Numbered from the stretch's first letter, positions 29,660 to 39,602 are shown. The stretch is DNA of 64,000 nt from Bacteroidota bacterium (GCA_036846145.1 DAIUCM010000004.1:1846-65845); one strand, 5' to 3'. Made by a program: numbers and translations. The notes: a model not told the origin generated them from the letters alone.

Positions 29660-30277
29660 ATGAATGTAATTGAAATTGTTTTATTTGTGCTTTGCTTTTT
29701 GGCAGGTTCATTACCTTTCGCGGTATGGATCGGTAAACTATTGTATAACAAAGATGTAAGGCAATTCGGCAGTGGTAATCCGGGCGCTACAAATACATTA
29801 AGAACTTTAGGACCCACGCCGGCACTCATCGTTTTACTATTGGATATCGCCAAAGGTATGGCCGGTGTGCTTATTCCTTATTTTTTCTACGAGGGCAGTT
29901 TGCTTTTACATGAAGAAGCTATGGCACTTGGCGGTGGATTATCTGTACTGGGACATATTTTTTCCCCGTTCTTAGGTTTTAAAGGTGGAAAGGGCGTGGC
30001 TACTACTGTTGGGGTAATGATTGCACTGCATTCCGGAATTGTAATATTCGTAATATTGAGCTTTGCGTTGGTTTTAATGCTAACCAAGTTTGTTTCGCTC
30101 TCCTCAATTGTGGCATCGGTTGTTTACGCAGTTTTGGTTATCCTTTTCCGGCCGGAATCTCAATTTATTATTGGATTCGCTATTTTTGTTGCAGCATTGG
30201 TGATTTATAAACATAAAGCCAATATTAACAGACTTTTACATGGAGAGGAAAGCAAGCTTAGTTTCAGGAAATCGTAA
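29660..30277 (+). CDS. plsY: Glycerol-3-phosphate acyltransferase PlsY
   Basis: A 205-aa ORF with the GSGNPGATN motif. Confidence 0.9.
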   Translation: MNVIEIVLFVLCFLAGSLPFAVWIGKLLYNKDVRQFGSGNPGATNTLRTLGPTPALIVLLLDIAKGMAGVLIPYFFYEGSLLLHEEAMALGGGLSVLGHIFSPFLGFKGGKGVATTVGVMIALHSGIVIFVILSFALVLMLTKFVSLSSIVASVVYAVLVILFRPESQFIIGFAIFVAALVIYKHKANINRLLHGEESKLSFRKS

Positions 30278-30281
30278 ATTC

Positions 30282-30351
30282 CATATATAACAATAGCAAA
30301 AAATGCTTTAGGTAGAGATACTTAAAGCATTTTTTGTTAGTTGTATATATG
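30282..30351. repeat. Full dyad element: CATATAT-N9-AAAAAATGCTTTA-loop-TAAAGCATTTTTT-N8-TATATATG
   Basis: A near-perfect 70-bp dyad directly after the plsY stop. It is the prototype of a family that recurs in full or half form at 25 or more sites. Confidence 0.8.
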
Positions 30352-30671
30352 TGGATTTTTAATTTTCATTTATGGATATTTGCCTGCGCTAATTTAAACG
30401 CAGTGGAAATTAGTGCATACTCAGATTTCACACTCTCTGAGTGTACCATTTTAATACAAATTACAAATTAATAAACAGATAACCATTACCGAAGTGTATA
30501 TTTACAGCAGTGAAGCACAATATTGCAACAAAGAAATTATTGATTTGCATTAACAATTCAAATTATGGATTAATGAGCGTTTTTGAAAAGGTGCACTCTG
30601 AGAGTGCGGGTCATTTTAAGCACCAATCTCCGCTTGCGCTCAGATTGGCGCAAGCGAAAGGGTATTGGTTA

Positions 30672-30742
30672 CATATATAATTCAACATAAAAATGCTTGA
30701 GAAATTAATACTTAAAGTATTTTTTATAAGCAACCTATATGT
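30672..30742. repeat. Second full dyad element, a variant with AAAAATGCTTGAG...CTTAAAGTATTTTTT
   Basis: It has the same architecture as 30282-30351 and lies 320 bp away. Confidence 0.75.
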
Positions 30743-30804
30743 AAGTTAAGAACAATTCAGCTATGTTTTTGCTTTTGATTGGTAAAGAACCAAATTTACC
30801 AGCA

Positions 30805-31605
30805 ATGAAAAAATTCCTGATTTTCTCCGTATTATGCATCAGCATATTCAGCACTTGCTCCAAAGTACCAATTACCAACCGCAACCAGTTTACCGCATTG
30901 CCCGAGAGCCAGCTTATTGCCATGGCCTTACAGCAATACCAGGGTTTTATAGATTCAACCGGTGTTGTTAGCGGCACATCTCAGGCTGAAATGGTAAAAC
31001 GCGTTGGCCAGAAATTATCTGCAGCAACAGTGCAGTTCATGAATGAAAATAAAATGGGCGACCGTGTTGCCAATTTCAAATGGGAATATAACCTTGTACA
31101 AAGCAACGATGTAAACGCATGGTGTATGCCGGGCGGTAAGATTGTAATTTATACCGGTATTTTACCAATTACACAAACCGAGCAGGGCCTTGCCGTGGTT
31201 ATGGGCCACGAAATTGCGCATGCAGTTGCCCGCCATGGTAACGAACGCATGAGCCAGGGTTTGGCAGCGCAGCTTGGCGGTGTAGGTTTGGATATTGCTT
31301 TATCGCAGAAACCGGCCGCCACACGTAACCTGTTTAACCTGGCTTATGGCGTAACAGCAAATTATGGCGTACTATTGCCTTACAGTCGTTTACAGGAAAG
31401 TGAAGCTGATAAACTTGGCCTCATTTTTATGGCAATGGCCGGTTACGATCCTAACGAAGCAGTTCCTTTCTGGCAAAGAATGGCAGCAGCATCTGGCGGA
31501 GCAGCGCCTCCTGAATTTATGAGCACGCACCCAAGCAATGAACGCCGTATTAAAGATATTCAGAAATATCTTCCTACAGCAATGAAATATAAGAAATCTC
31601 AGTAG
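30805..31605 (+). CDS. M48-family zinc metallopeptidase lipoprotein
   Basis: HEIAH is the HExxH motif, and the lipobox STCS follows MKKFLIFSVLCISIF. Confidence 0.85.
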   Translation: MKKFLIFSVLCISIFSTCSKVPITNRNQFTALPESQLIAMALQQYQGFIDSTGVVSGTSQAEMVKRVGQKLSAATVQFMNENKMGDRVANFKWEYNLVQSNDVNAWCMPGGKIVIYTGILPITQTEQGLAVVMGHEIAHAVARHGNERMSQGLAAQLGGVGLDIALSQKPAATRNLFNLAYGVTANYGVLLPYSRLQESEADKLGLIFMAMAGYDPNEAVPFWQRMAAASGGAAPPEFMSTHPSNERRIKDIQKYLPTAMKYKKSQ

Positions 31606-31712
31606 CGGTTTGGCGTTGAGCGGTTTGCGATTGGCGATGTGAGATTTTCTGATAATTAAAAATCTTATATTTTGCCAGAATGTAATATATAATACAATTA
31701 AAAATGCTTTAA

Positions 31713-31753
31713 AGAAGAGTTGGCCAATTTCGAATGGGCCAACTCTTCTTTTT
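31713..31753 (+). terminator. Rho-independent terminator embedded in a dyad-motif copy
   Basis: AAAAATGCTTTAAAG, then the stem gaagagttggcc / ggccaactcttc, then T7, then GCATATATAGG. Confidence 0.75.
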
Positions 31754-32233
31754 TTGCATATATAGGATTCAATGTAGATTAGTTAAGGATGGAATAAATT
31801 CCATCCCTACAATATTTGATCGTCCATACTGGACTTGATTAACGCCACGAAACAAATACCGTAGGAATGATAAAATATTGTAGTAATGGATTTTAATCCG
31901 TTGAAAACAAGAATTTTCTTAACTAAACGACATTGATACAGGATCGCTGAAAATGCTTTATTCAACATATATGATATATGTACAAATAAGTATGGTTTGT
32001 ATTACAGGAAAATGAGATTTTCAGTTCGAAGCTTTGAGGTCAAGATGACTCGAATGACACTTTTCAAAACCACATGATTCATGACATATTGTTAATATTA
32101 TTCACATTCATTACTAAATTCATGAAAACAAGCCCGCAACAGATTTTATATATTCTCTCAAACCGCAAACCGCATGTCTCAGACCCCTAACCGCACGCCG
32201 CATCCAACAAAAAATTCATAACTTTGCCACTAT

Positions 32234-34930
32234 ATGCGTATAGGTATTTTTTTCGGAGGAAAATCACGTGAGCGGGAAATATCTTTTGCCGGCGGAAGAA
32301 CGGTTTATGATCTTTTGGATAAATCGCTGTTTACACCGGTGCCGATTTTTGTTGACAGCCTTGGCAACTTTATTGAGCTGGACTGGCAATATCTGTACAA
32401 GGGCAGCATCCGCGATTTTTATCCGCCTGTTTCTTCCTTGCAAACCACTAAATTACCTTTCCAGGTTTATATAGAAAGCTTAAACTTACCGGAGGAAGAT
32501 ATTGATAAGGCTATTGCGCAAGTAGGTAAAAAACGCAGCATAGCGGAAATTAAAACACTAATAGATTTTGCTTTTCTTGCGCTGCACGGGCCGTTTGGTG
32601 AAGACGGAAGCCTGCAGGGCTTGTTCGAGTTTTATAATATCCCATATTCCGGTTCCGGCATTTTACCATCTGCCATTGGCATAGATAAACGTGTGCAGAA
32701 AGAACTGATGCAAAGCATGAATTTGCAGGTTGCAAAAGCCATATATGTAACCCGTAAAAAATGGTTCGATTCGCAGGAAAACCGCAAAGATCTGTTTACC
32801 GAAGCGCAGCAAAACTTCAACTTGCCTGTAGTTATCAAATCATCTACACAAGGCTCCTCTATAGGAATTTCTATTTTGCGCAACTGGGATTTTGTAACGT
32901 TTGAATCCCAGATAAATGAAAGCTTCTTCCAAAAAACCATATTTGCGGCCGATTGGAAAAAACTTACCGCTGAAGAAGAAAAACGCAGGTTTGTACAGCA
33001 GGTTAGCGATATTTATGAAGGTTACGGTATTCCATTCCTGATCAATAATAAAACCTGGGTTTATCATCCGCAGCAATTATTCGATTTCCTTGACGATCAT
33101 TTCAACCAAAATAATGAGCCTGTAACACTTGAAAGTTACCAGGGCGAAAGAGCTGTTTTAATTGAGGAGTTTATAAAAGGCAAAGAATTCAGCTGCATAG
33201 TTGTGGAAGGCGAACATGGCGAAGCTATTGCCCTCCCTCCTACCGAGATCATAAAATCTACCGATATTTTCGATTATCGTTCCAAATATTTGCCGGGCAT
33301 TTCCAGGAAAGTTACTCCTATAGAATTACCGGAAGAGATTGTAAACCATATAAGTGCGGCTTGCGAGGAATTATATAAAAATCTGCATTTCAACGTTTAC
33401 GCGCGTATTGACGGGTTAATTACAGCCGATGGCAAGATTTACCTTAATGATCCGAATACCACTTCGGGAATGCTGCCATCATCTTTTTTCTTTCACCAGG
33501 CGGCTGAGATCGGCGTCTCGCCAAGCCAGTTTTTAACGTACATTATTTTTAAATCTTTCGAAAACCGCATAGCTTCATCGCCAAATCCGCACCAGGTCAT
33601 TCAAAGCTTTAAAACGCTGCAAAACAGCCTTACTTACAATGCGCAGCACAATGCAGGCAAACAAAAAGTAGGAGTAATTTTAGGCGGAATTTCTACCGAA
33701 AGACATATTTCCGTAGAGAGCGGCAGAAATGTTTACGAGAAATTATCGAGCAGCGGAAAATACGATGCTTCACCGGTTTTCCTCACCGGGAAAGATGGTG
33801 AAATAGAGTTTTATACTTTACCGTTAAATCTTTTACTGAAAGATAATGCCGATGATATTGCCGATAAAGCCAGGCATTTCCACATTTCGCCAATTACAGA
33901 AAAAATCATTGAAAAAGCGAGATATATTACGGAGAAATTTGCATCGAGCAACTATAATTTCTATCCAAAAAAGGTAACATTAGATGAACTGCAGCAAACG
34001 GTTGACAGTATTTTTATTGCATTGCATGGCAGGCCGGGCGAAGATGGAACGCTGCAGAAACTGCTCGAGGCGCGTGGAATGCCATACAACGGCTCCAGTT
34101 CCGATTCATCGTCGGTAACAATCAATAAATTTATTACCAACGAAAAGCTGAGAGAAAACGGATTTCTTATTCCGCAACATATATTGGTAACAAGGCAAAA
34201 ATGGCAGGCCAATAAAACCGCCATATTAGCTGAGATTGAAAAATACCTTCAGTTTCCCTGCATTGCAAAACCGGCCGATGACGGCTGCTCATCGGCAGTA
34301 AAGAAAATTAACAACCGTGCTGAATTTGAGGCTTTTGCAGAAGGTATGTTCCGCACACAGGAAGCACTTGATAAGGACATTTTACGCATTCTTGATCTGA
34401 AAGCGAGTGAAGAGTTTCCGCAGAAAGATTTCTTTGTTGTGGAAGAACTGGTAAGTCCCAAAGGCGCTAAGCATTTCCTGGAAATTACCGGCGGTATGCT
34501 TACCCGTAAAAACGGGCAGAACGAGGTAACTTACGAGATCTTCGAACCGAGTGAAGCATTGGCCCAAAAAGGCATATTATCGCTCGAGGAGAAATTCCTG
34601 GCCGGAGAAGGGCAGAATATAACGCCGGCAAGATTTTCGGCATTTACTGAAGAGAACAGCATGATTTCCGCAACTGTACGGAATACTTTAATGGAAGCCG
34701 CCAAAGTATTAAATATAGAAGGTTATTGCAGGATCGACGCTTTCGTAAGGATATATGATGCGAGGCATGTTGAGGTTATTTTTATTGAAGTGAACTCGCT
34801 GCCGGGCTTAACTCCCGCAACCTGTATTTTCCACCAGGCAGCTTTAAACGGCTACAAACCATTTGATTTTTTAGACCAGATTATACAATACGGAATTTCT
34901 AAAGTACAAGGCATTGAAGAAAATAATTGA
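32234..34930 (+). CDS. Tandem-duplicated D-alanine--D-alanine ligase-like protein with two Ddl N-domain plus ATP-grasp modules
   Basis: The 898-aa ORF shows a Ddl signature twice: MRIGIFFGGKSREREIS...LHGPFGEDGSLQ in the first half and KVGVILGGISTERHIS...LHGRPGEDGTLQ in the second. Confidence 0.8.
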   Translation: MRIGIFFGGKSREREISFAGGRTVYDLLDKSLFTPVPIFVDSLGNFIELDWQYLYKGSIRDFYPPVSSLQTTKLPFQVYIESLNLPEEDIDKAIAQVGKKRSIAEIKTLIDFAFLALHGPFGEDGSLQGLFEFYNIPYSGSGILPSAIGIDKRVQKELMQSMNLQVAKAIYVTRKKWFDSQENRKDLFTEAQQNFNLPVVIKSSTQGSSIGISILRNWDFVTFESQINESFFQKTIFAADWKKLTAEEEKRRFVQQVSDIYEGYGIPFLINNKTWVYHPQQLFDFLDDHFNQNNEPVTLESYQGERAVLIEEFIKGKEFSCIVVEGEHGEAIALPPTEIIKSTDIFDYRSKYLPGISRKVTPIELPEEIVNHISAACEELYKNLHFNVYARIDGLITADGKIYLNDPNTTSGMLPSSFFFHQAAEIGVSPSQFLTYIIFKSFENRIASSPNPHQVIQSFKTLQNSLTYNAQHNAGKQKVGVILGGISTERHISVESGRNVYEKLSSSGKYDASPVFLTGKDGEIEFYTLPLNLLLKDNADDIADKARHFHISPITEKIIEKARYITEKFASSNYNFYPKKVTLDELQQTVDSIFIALHGRPGEDGTLQKLLEARGMPYNGSSSDSSSVTINKFITNEKLRENGFLIPQHILVTRQKWQANKTAILAEIEKYLQFPCIAKPADDGCSSAVKKINNRAEFEAFAEGMFRTQEALDKDILRILDLKASEEFPQKDFFVVEELVSPKGAKHFLEITGGMLTRKNGQNEVTYEIFEPSEALAQKGILSLEEKFLAGEGQNITPARFSAFTEENSMISATVRNTLMEAAKVLNIEGYCRIDAFVRIYDARHVEVIFIEVNSLPGLTPATCIFHQAALNGYKPFDFLDQIIQYGISKVQGIEENN

Positions 34931-35678
34931 GCGTTTAAAAAGCAGGAACGTACTCATTAACCTGGGTTTGCTTCTGCTTGCGGTAATCATCATGTTCGTG
35001 GTATTAAGCTGGTTCTTAAAATGGTACACGCACCATGGCGAATCGTTAACCGTACCCGATTTCAGGGGCCGCAGCGTAGAAGATGTAGAGCAGATTTGTG
35101 AAGAAAAAGATCTGCGGTTTGAGATCCGCGACTCGGTTTACGCGCCGGACAAGCCCAAGCTGAGCGTAGTAGAGCAAAACCCGAAGCCAGGCTCTAAAGT
35201 AAAACGCAACCGCCGTATTTATATACTTATAAGTGCCGATAAAGCGCCAAAAGTTGCTGTGCCGGTATTAAAAGATGTACAGCTAAAACAAGCGGAACGT
35301 ATTATGGAAAGCTACGGATTTAAGCGCGGAGCAATATCTTACAAACCAGATATTGCCTTAAATGCTGTTCTGGAAATGCAGGTAAACGGCCAGCCGGTAG
35401 AAGCCGGAACATTACTGGATAAAGGCACTGTAATTGACCTTGTTTTGGGCGATGGCGGACAGAACCAGCCGGTAAAAATCCCTGACCTGACCGGTAATAC
35501 GCTTGATGAAGGATTATTTATTTTAAGAGGTAACTTTATTAACCTGGGCGCTGTTGTGTATGACGAAAGCGTTAAAGACAGCGCTAAGGCAATAATTTAC
35601 AAGCAGCGGCCGTTACCAGAAGGAGGTAAAACCATTTCGCAGGGCTCTGCAATAGATGTCTGGTTAAGGAATCCGTAA
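34914..35678 (+). CDS. PASTA-domain membrane protein
   Basis: An N-terminal TM helix is followed by three PASTA-like repeats (LTVPDFRG..., VPVLKDV..., KIPDLTGN...). It overlaps the ddl-like 3' end by 17 nt. Confidence 0.8.
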   Translation: MKKIIERLKSRNVLINLGLLLLAVIIMFVVLSWFLKWYTHHGESLTVPDFRGRSVEDVEQICEEKDLRFEIRDSVYAPDKPKLSVVEQNPKPGSKVKRNRRIYILISADKAPKVAVPVLKDVQLKQAERIMESYGFKRGAISYKPDIALNAVLEMQVNGQPVEAGTLLDKGTVIDLVLGDGGQNQPVKIPDLTGNTLDEGLFILRGNFINLGAVVYDESVKDSAKAIIYKQRPLPEGGKTISQGSAIDVWLRNP

Positions 35679-35710
35679 CATTTTTCAGCACTAAAAGCAT
35701 TTTTTACAGT

Positions 35711-37666
35711 ATGTATATATGTAAGCTCCGTTATATTTCTGCAACTATTGTATTTATTATATCATGCCTGGCAGCAACCGCGCAGGAATATGTTGTACCG
35801 TTAAAATATAATTCCTTATTAGATACATATATACAGGCTCCAAAAAATACTTCGGGCAAACCAGTAAGGCTTAGCAGACATGGCGAGCCGCATACGCAGT
35901 ATCTCCCGTTTTTCGATGATTTTTCGAATGGATTCCTGCACCCGAATGATACCCTTTGGCTGGACAGGAATGTGTACATCAGCAACACCATGGGTATTGA
36001 TCCGCCAAGCGTTGGCGTTGCCGTTTTTGATGGTATAAACGAATTTGGCAGGGCTTATAATCCGGGCGATCAGGGCACAGGCTCAGCAGGTACAGATACA
36101 CTTACAAGTACGTATATAGATCTTTCAGACTTCTCGCCGCTCGATACAACCATTTATCTCAGCTTTGCTTACCAGCCTGCAGGTCTGGGCGATGCTGGCG
36201 AGCCAACTGATTCGCTTATTCTGCAATTCCACCCGGATTCATTGCTGATAAACGGTGTTTGGGACGATTCCGCATGGGTAAATGTATGGTCGGTTCCGGG
36301 CAGTGCGTTTAAGCCTTTCCAGCATGTAATGATCCCCATCCGTAAACTTACATCACCAAACTATTTTCATAAGAAATTCCAGTTCAGGTTCGTAGCAAGA
36401 GGGCACCGTTCCGGGAATTTAGATAACTGGCTGCTGGATTATGTTTATGTAAACCGTGGCAGAACCAGGACAAATGTGGGAAATAATGTAATAGACCCAC
36501 AGATACAGGATGTGGCCAATTATAAAACATCGGGCAGTATTTTGAACGGTTATTACGCCATGACGATGAAACAATTTCTTGCGGGCGGAACAAACAGCCT
36601 TATCGGCGAAATCCCGATTCATGCTACAAACAACTCCAATGTTGTAAAAAATACAACCTACGGCTACAATATTGTTAATGCAGAAACCGGTCAGGAGCTG
36701 GCAACTTTTTTTGATTCGGAAGGCGACAACGTAAACCCGTTTGAGCACCGCAGTTTCGCGCTGATGAATATCTTATCGCCAAACAATATTCCTGGCCCAA
36801 AATCTACCTTGCTAATTAATACAGTTGTAGAAAGCGTGCCGGACCGTTTCCGCAGTAATGATACCGCAACACATAAGCAGGTTTTTGGCGATTACCTGGC
36901 ATATGATGACGGAACCGCAGAAGCAGGCTATGGCGTAAACAACGCGAATACCGGGAAAGTAGCCATTCGGTTTTCGCTTAATACACCCGATACATTGCAT
37001 GGCATTGCCATAAACTTTAACCAGTCCAATACCTATGTTGGAGGCCGTTTTGTGAACCTGGCTGTATGGCACAAACTTACACCGCCCGGGCAGATTGAAA
37101 AAGATGAACCAGCCGCGAGAATAACCTTTGTCAGGCCGGTTTATGAAAGAGTAAACGGCTACAGCTATTTCGAATTCGAAGAGCCTGTACCGGTTAAAGA
37201 TGAATTTTACATTGGCTGGGTGCAGAACCAGAATTTCAATCTTAATGTTGGCCTGGACAGGAACTACAATGAATTACCGGGTACAAAAGCTGATAATCTT
37301 TTCATCAGCTATGCGGGAAAATGGGAAGTTTCTAAAGTAGATGGCATACCGATGCTTAGGCCGTACATTGGCAGCAACCCGGTTTTTGTTGGAACAGAAA
37401 AACATCCGAAAACACAATTTAACATACTGGACGCCAACATTTATCCGAACCCTAACAACGGAGATTTCAACATACACTTACCAGAAAAAGGCAATTACGA
37501 AATCACTGTTTTTGATATAGCCGGTAAACCTGTATTACAAACATTGCAAACACGCATCAGCACCAGCTTATCATTACCGCAGGTTAAGGCAGGCTTATAC
37601 CTCGTTAAAATAACGGAAAAAAACAGCGGCAGGCAGGTTGTTAAACGCATTTCTGTACTAAAATAG
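35711..37666 (+). CDS. Secreted protein with a T9SS C-terminal sorting domain
   Basis: A signal peptide plus the C-terminus NIYPNPNNGDFNIHLP...KAGLYLVKI..., typical of a T9SS CTD. Confidence 0.75.
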   Translation: MYICKLRYISATIVFIISCLAATAQEYVVPLKYNSLLDTYIQAPKNTSGKPVRLSRHGEPHTQYLPFFDDFSNGFLHPNDTLWLDRNVYISNTMGIDPPSVGVAVFDGINEFGRAYNPGDQGTGSAGTDTLTSTYIDLSDFSPLDTTIYLSFAYQPAGLGDAGEPTDSLILQFHPDSLLINGVWDDSAWVNVWSVPGSAFKPFQHVMIPIRKLTSPNYFHKKFQFRFVARGHRSGNLDNWLLDYVYVNRGRTRTNVGNNVIDPQIQDVANYKTSGSILNGYYAMTMKQFLAGGTNSLIGEIPIHATNNSNVVKNTTYGYNIVNAETGQELATFFDSEGDNVNPFEHRSFALMNILSPNNIPGPKSTLLINTVVESVPDRFRSNDTATHKQVFGDYLAYDDGTAEAGYGVNNANTGKVAIRFSLNTPDTLHGIAINFNQSNTYVGGRFVNLAVWHKLTPPGQIEKDEPAARITFVRPVYERVNGYSYFEFEEPVPVKDEFYIGWVQNQNFNLNVGLDRNYNELPGTKADNLFISYAGKWEVSKVDGIPMLRPYIGSNPVFVGTEKHPKTQFNILDANIYPNPNNGDFNIHLPEKGNYEITVFDIAGKPVLQTLQTRISTSLSLPQVKAGLYLVKITEKNSGRQVVKRISVLK

Positions 37667-37782
37667 GCTGAAATTCGAATCCATTTTACGCATTGGCTTT
37701 ATAAATAAAGCTTCAGGTTTATACGTTTAACGTTGAAAAAGTGTAAATTGTAGTTATGTAACCTTCAATTTCCTTAAAACGT

Positions 37783-38259
37783 TTGCGTATGTGGCGAAAA
37801 TTCAACGGCGAAATTCTTAGTGAAAATATTCTCGATGAAGTAGAAAAAGCAATTATACGCGAAACAAGATCAGGCCATAAATTAAAAGTCTGCATTGGCT
37901 CCGATTCACAGGTTTACGGAAAACATACCGAGTTCGCAACAGTAATAGCTTTCATCAGGCAAAGTGCCGGTGGCTTTATGTTCATCTGGCAGGAGAACTC
38001 TACACAGAAAATGTCCATCAAGGAGCGCATGCTCTCCGAAGTTGCAAAATCTATAGATATAGCTTACCGCTTATGCCCTTTACTCGATAAATATAAGGTT
38101 GAGCTGGAAGTGCACGCCGATATCAATACTAATCCGCAGTTTAAATCAAACTCAGCGCTCAGCGAAGCTATGGGTTATATTTTAAGTATGGGATTTGTTT
38201 TCAAAGCCAAACCCGAAGCCTTTGCCAGCTCGTATTGCGCAAACAAGGTTGTAAATTGA
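37783..38259 (+). CDS. YkuK-like (DUF458-like, RNase H-like fold) protein
   Basis: A 158-aa ORF with the motif CIGSDSQ. Confidence 0.45.
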   Translation: MRMWRKFNGEILSENILDEVEKAIIRETRSGHKLKVCIGSDSQVYGKHTEFATVIAFIRQSAGGFMFIWQENSTQKMSIKERMLSEVAKSIDIAYRLCPLLDKYKVELEVHADINTNPQFKSNSALSEAMGYILSMGFVFKAKPEAFASSYCANKVVN

Positions 38260-38521
38260 AATTGCACGCCATATTTCCATATAGCTGTTATGCAAAAAAT
38301 GCTTTGTCAGCGTATTTAATTTTATTAAAACTTCAGCAGAATTTATAAAGCCAATATTCATTTCCTGATACAATAAACCGACCCATGTTTAAACAACTAT
38401 AATTTTTATAACTTGCTGATACACTTTGCCATTTTTTGTTTTATATTGCTGATGATTATGTTAGAAAACTGACCGCGGCACAAGTTGCCGGAACCCAAAC
38501 CATAAATAAACAAACCCACCC

Positions 38522-39385
38522 ATGAGGCAGCTGAAAATTGTTAAACAAATCACAAACCGCGAGCATAAATCGCTCGACAAGTATTTACAGGAAATTGGCA
38601 GTGTTGATATGGTAACTGCCGAAGAAGAAGTTGATCTTGCATTAAGAATAAGAGATGGCGACAGCATTGCGCTTGCAAGACTTGTTAATGCCAATCTGCG
38701 TTTTGTAGTTTCTGTAGCAAAACAGTATCAGAACCAGGGTTTGCCGCTTGGCGACCTGATAAACGAAGGTAATTTAGGGCTTATTAAAGCAGCCCAGCGA
38801 TTTGATGAAACCCGTGGATTCAAATTTATATCTTACGCGGTATGGTGGATTCGCCAGAGCATTTTACAATCGCTTGCAGAGCAGGCGCGTATGATAAGGT
38901 TGCCTTTGAACAGGATTGGCGCCTTATCCAAAATTAATAAAGCAGCATCTGTACTTGAACAGCGATATGAACGTGAACCATCAACCGCCGAAATTGCCGA
39001 ACTGCTGGAAATTACAGAAGACAGCGTACAGGAATATATGACTGTTTCAGCAAGGCATTTATCATTAGATGCGCCGGTTAATACGGAAGATGACAGCTCA
39101 TTATCTTCACTGCTTGAAAACACAGATGAACCAACACCGGATTCACCGCTATTAAGAGAATCTTTACAAAGCCAGATCGCGAATTCGTTAACTATATTAT
39201 CGGAAAAAGAACGTTGCGTGCTGAATTACTTCTTCGGCATAAATAATGTGAGGGAACATTCGCTGGAGGAAATAAGCTCGGCACTTGACCTTACAAGGGA
39301 AAGGGTACGACAGATCAAAGAAAACGCCATTCGCAAGCTGCGGAACTCATCGCGTACCAAGCAGCTGAAGCATTTTTTAGGATAG
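38522..39385 (+). CDS. rpoD: RNA polymerase primary sigma factor (sigma-70 family, Bacteroidota-type, 287 aa)
   Basis: Regions 2-4 are present, ending ERVRQIKENAIRKLR. Confidence 0.9.
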   Translation: MRQLKIVKQITNREHKSLDKYLQEIGSVDMVTAEEEVDLALRIRDGDSIALARLVNANLRFVVSVAKQYQNQGLPLGDLINEGNLGLIKAAQRFDETRGFKFISYAVWWIRQSILQSLAEQARMIRLPLNRIGALSKINKAASVLEQRYEREPSTAEIAELLEITEDSVQEYMTVSARHLSLDAPVNTEDDSSLSSLLENTDEPTPDSPLLRESLQSQIANSLTILSEKERCVLNYFFGINNVREHSLEEISSALDLTRERVRQIKENAIRKLRNSSRTKQLKHFLG

Positions 39386-39602
39386 CAGCATATACCAAAC
39401 AAACTTTTCAACCGGAAGGCCGCGCATTGTTTATGCAGCGGCTTTTTGCATATACAGGTTGGCTGAAAAATGCTTTGAAATAACCTGCATTATGACAATG
39501 TAAATTGAATCTTATAATTAATTTAAAAATATCTAATAGCACGTACATAGATAAAAAGTGGACTGATTACTTAAGCCGCTATTCAATAATCAAGAAATAA
39601 AT

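Noticed and set aside
29605-29853. An 82-aa minus-strand ORF spanning the junction of the giant ORF and plsY.
   Set aside because: It is antisense to two strongly supported genes, so it is a shadow ORF.
30282-30351. The recurrent motif as a classical sigma-70 -35/-10 or Bacteroidota -33 TTTG/-7 TAnnTTTG promoter.
   Set aside because: Spacing between the T-rich box and TATATATG is about 8-12 nt, not 17-21. Copies occur in both orientations upstream of same-strand genes and at convergent gene 3' ends. That fits a palindromic repeat family better than a directional core promoter, though a specialised promoter or regulator site is not excluded.
37660-37700. A tRNA suggested by a TTCGAATCC (T-loop-like) string after the T9SS gene.
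   Set aside because: The surrounding sequence lacks acceptor-stem, D-arm and anticodon-arm complementarity. I found no other tRNA-like cloverleaf anywhere in the window.
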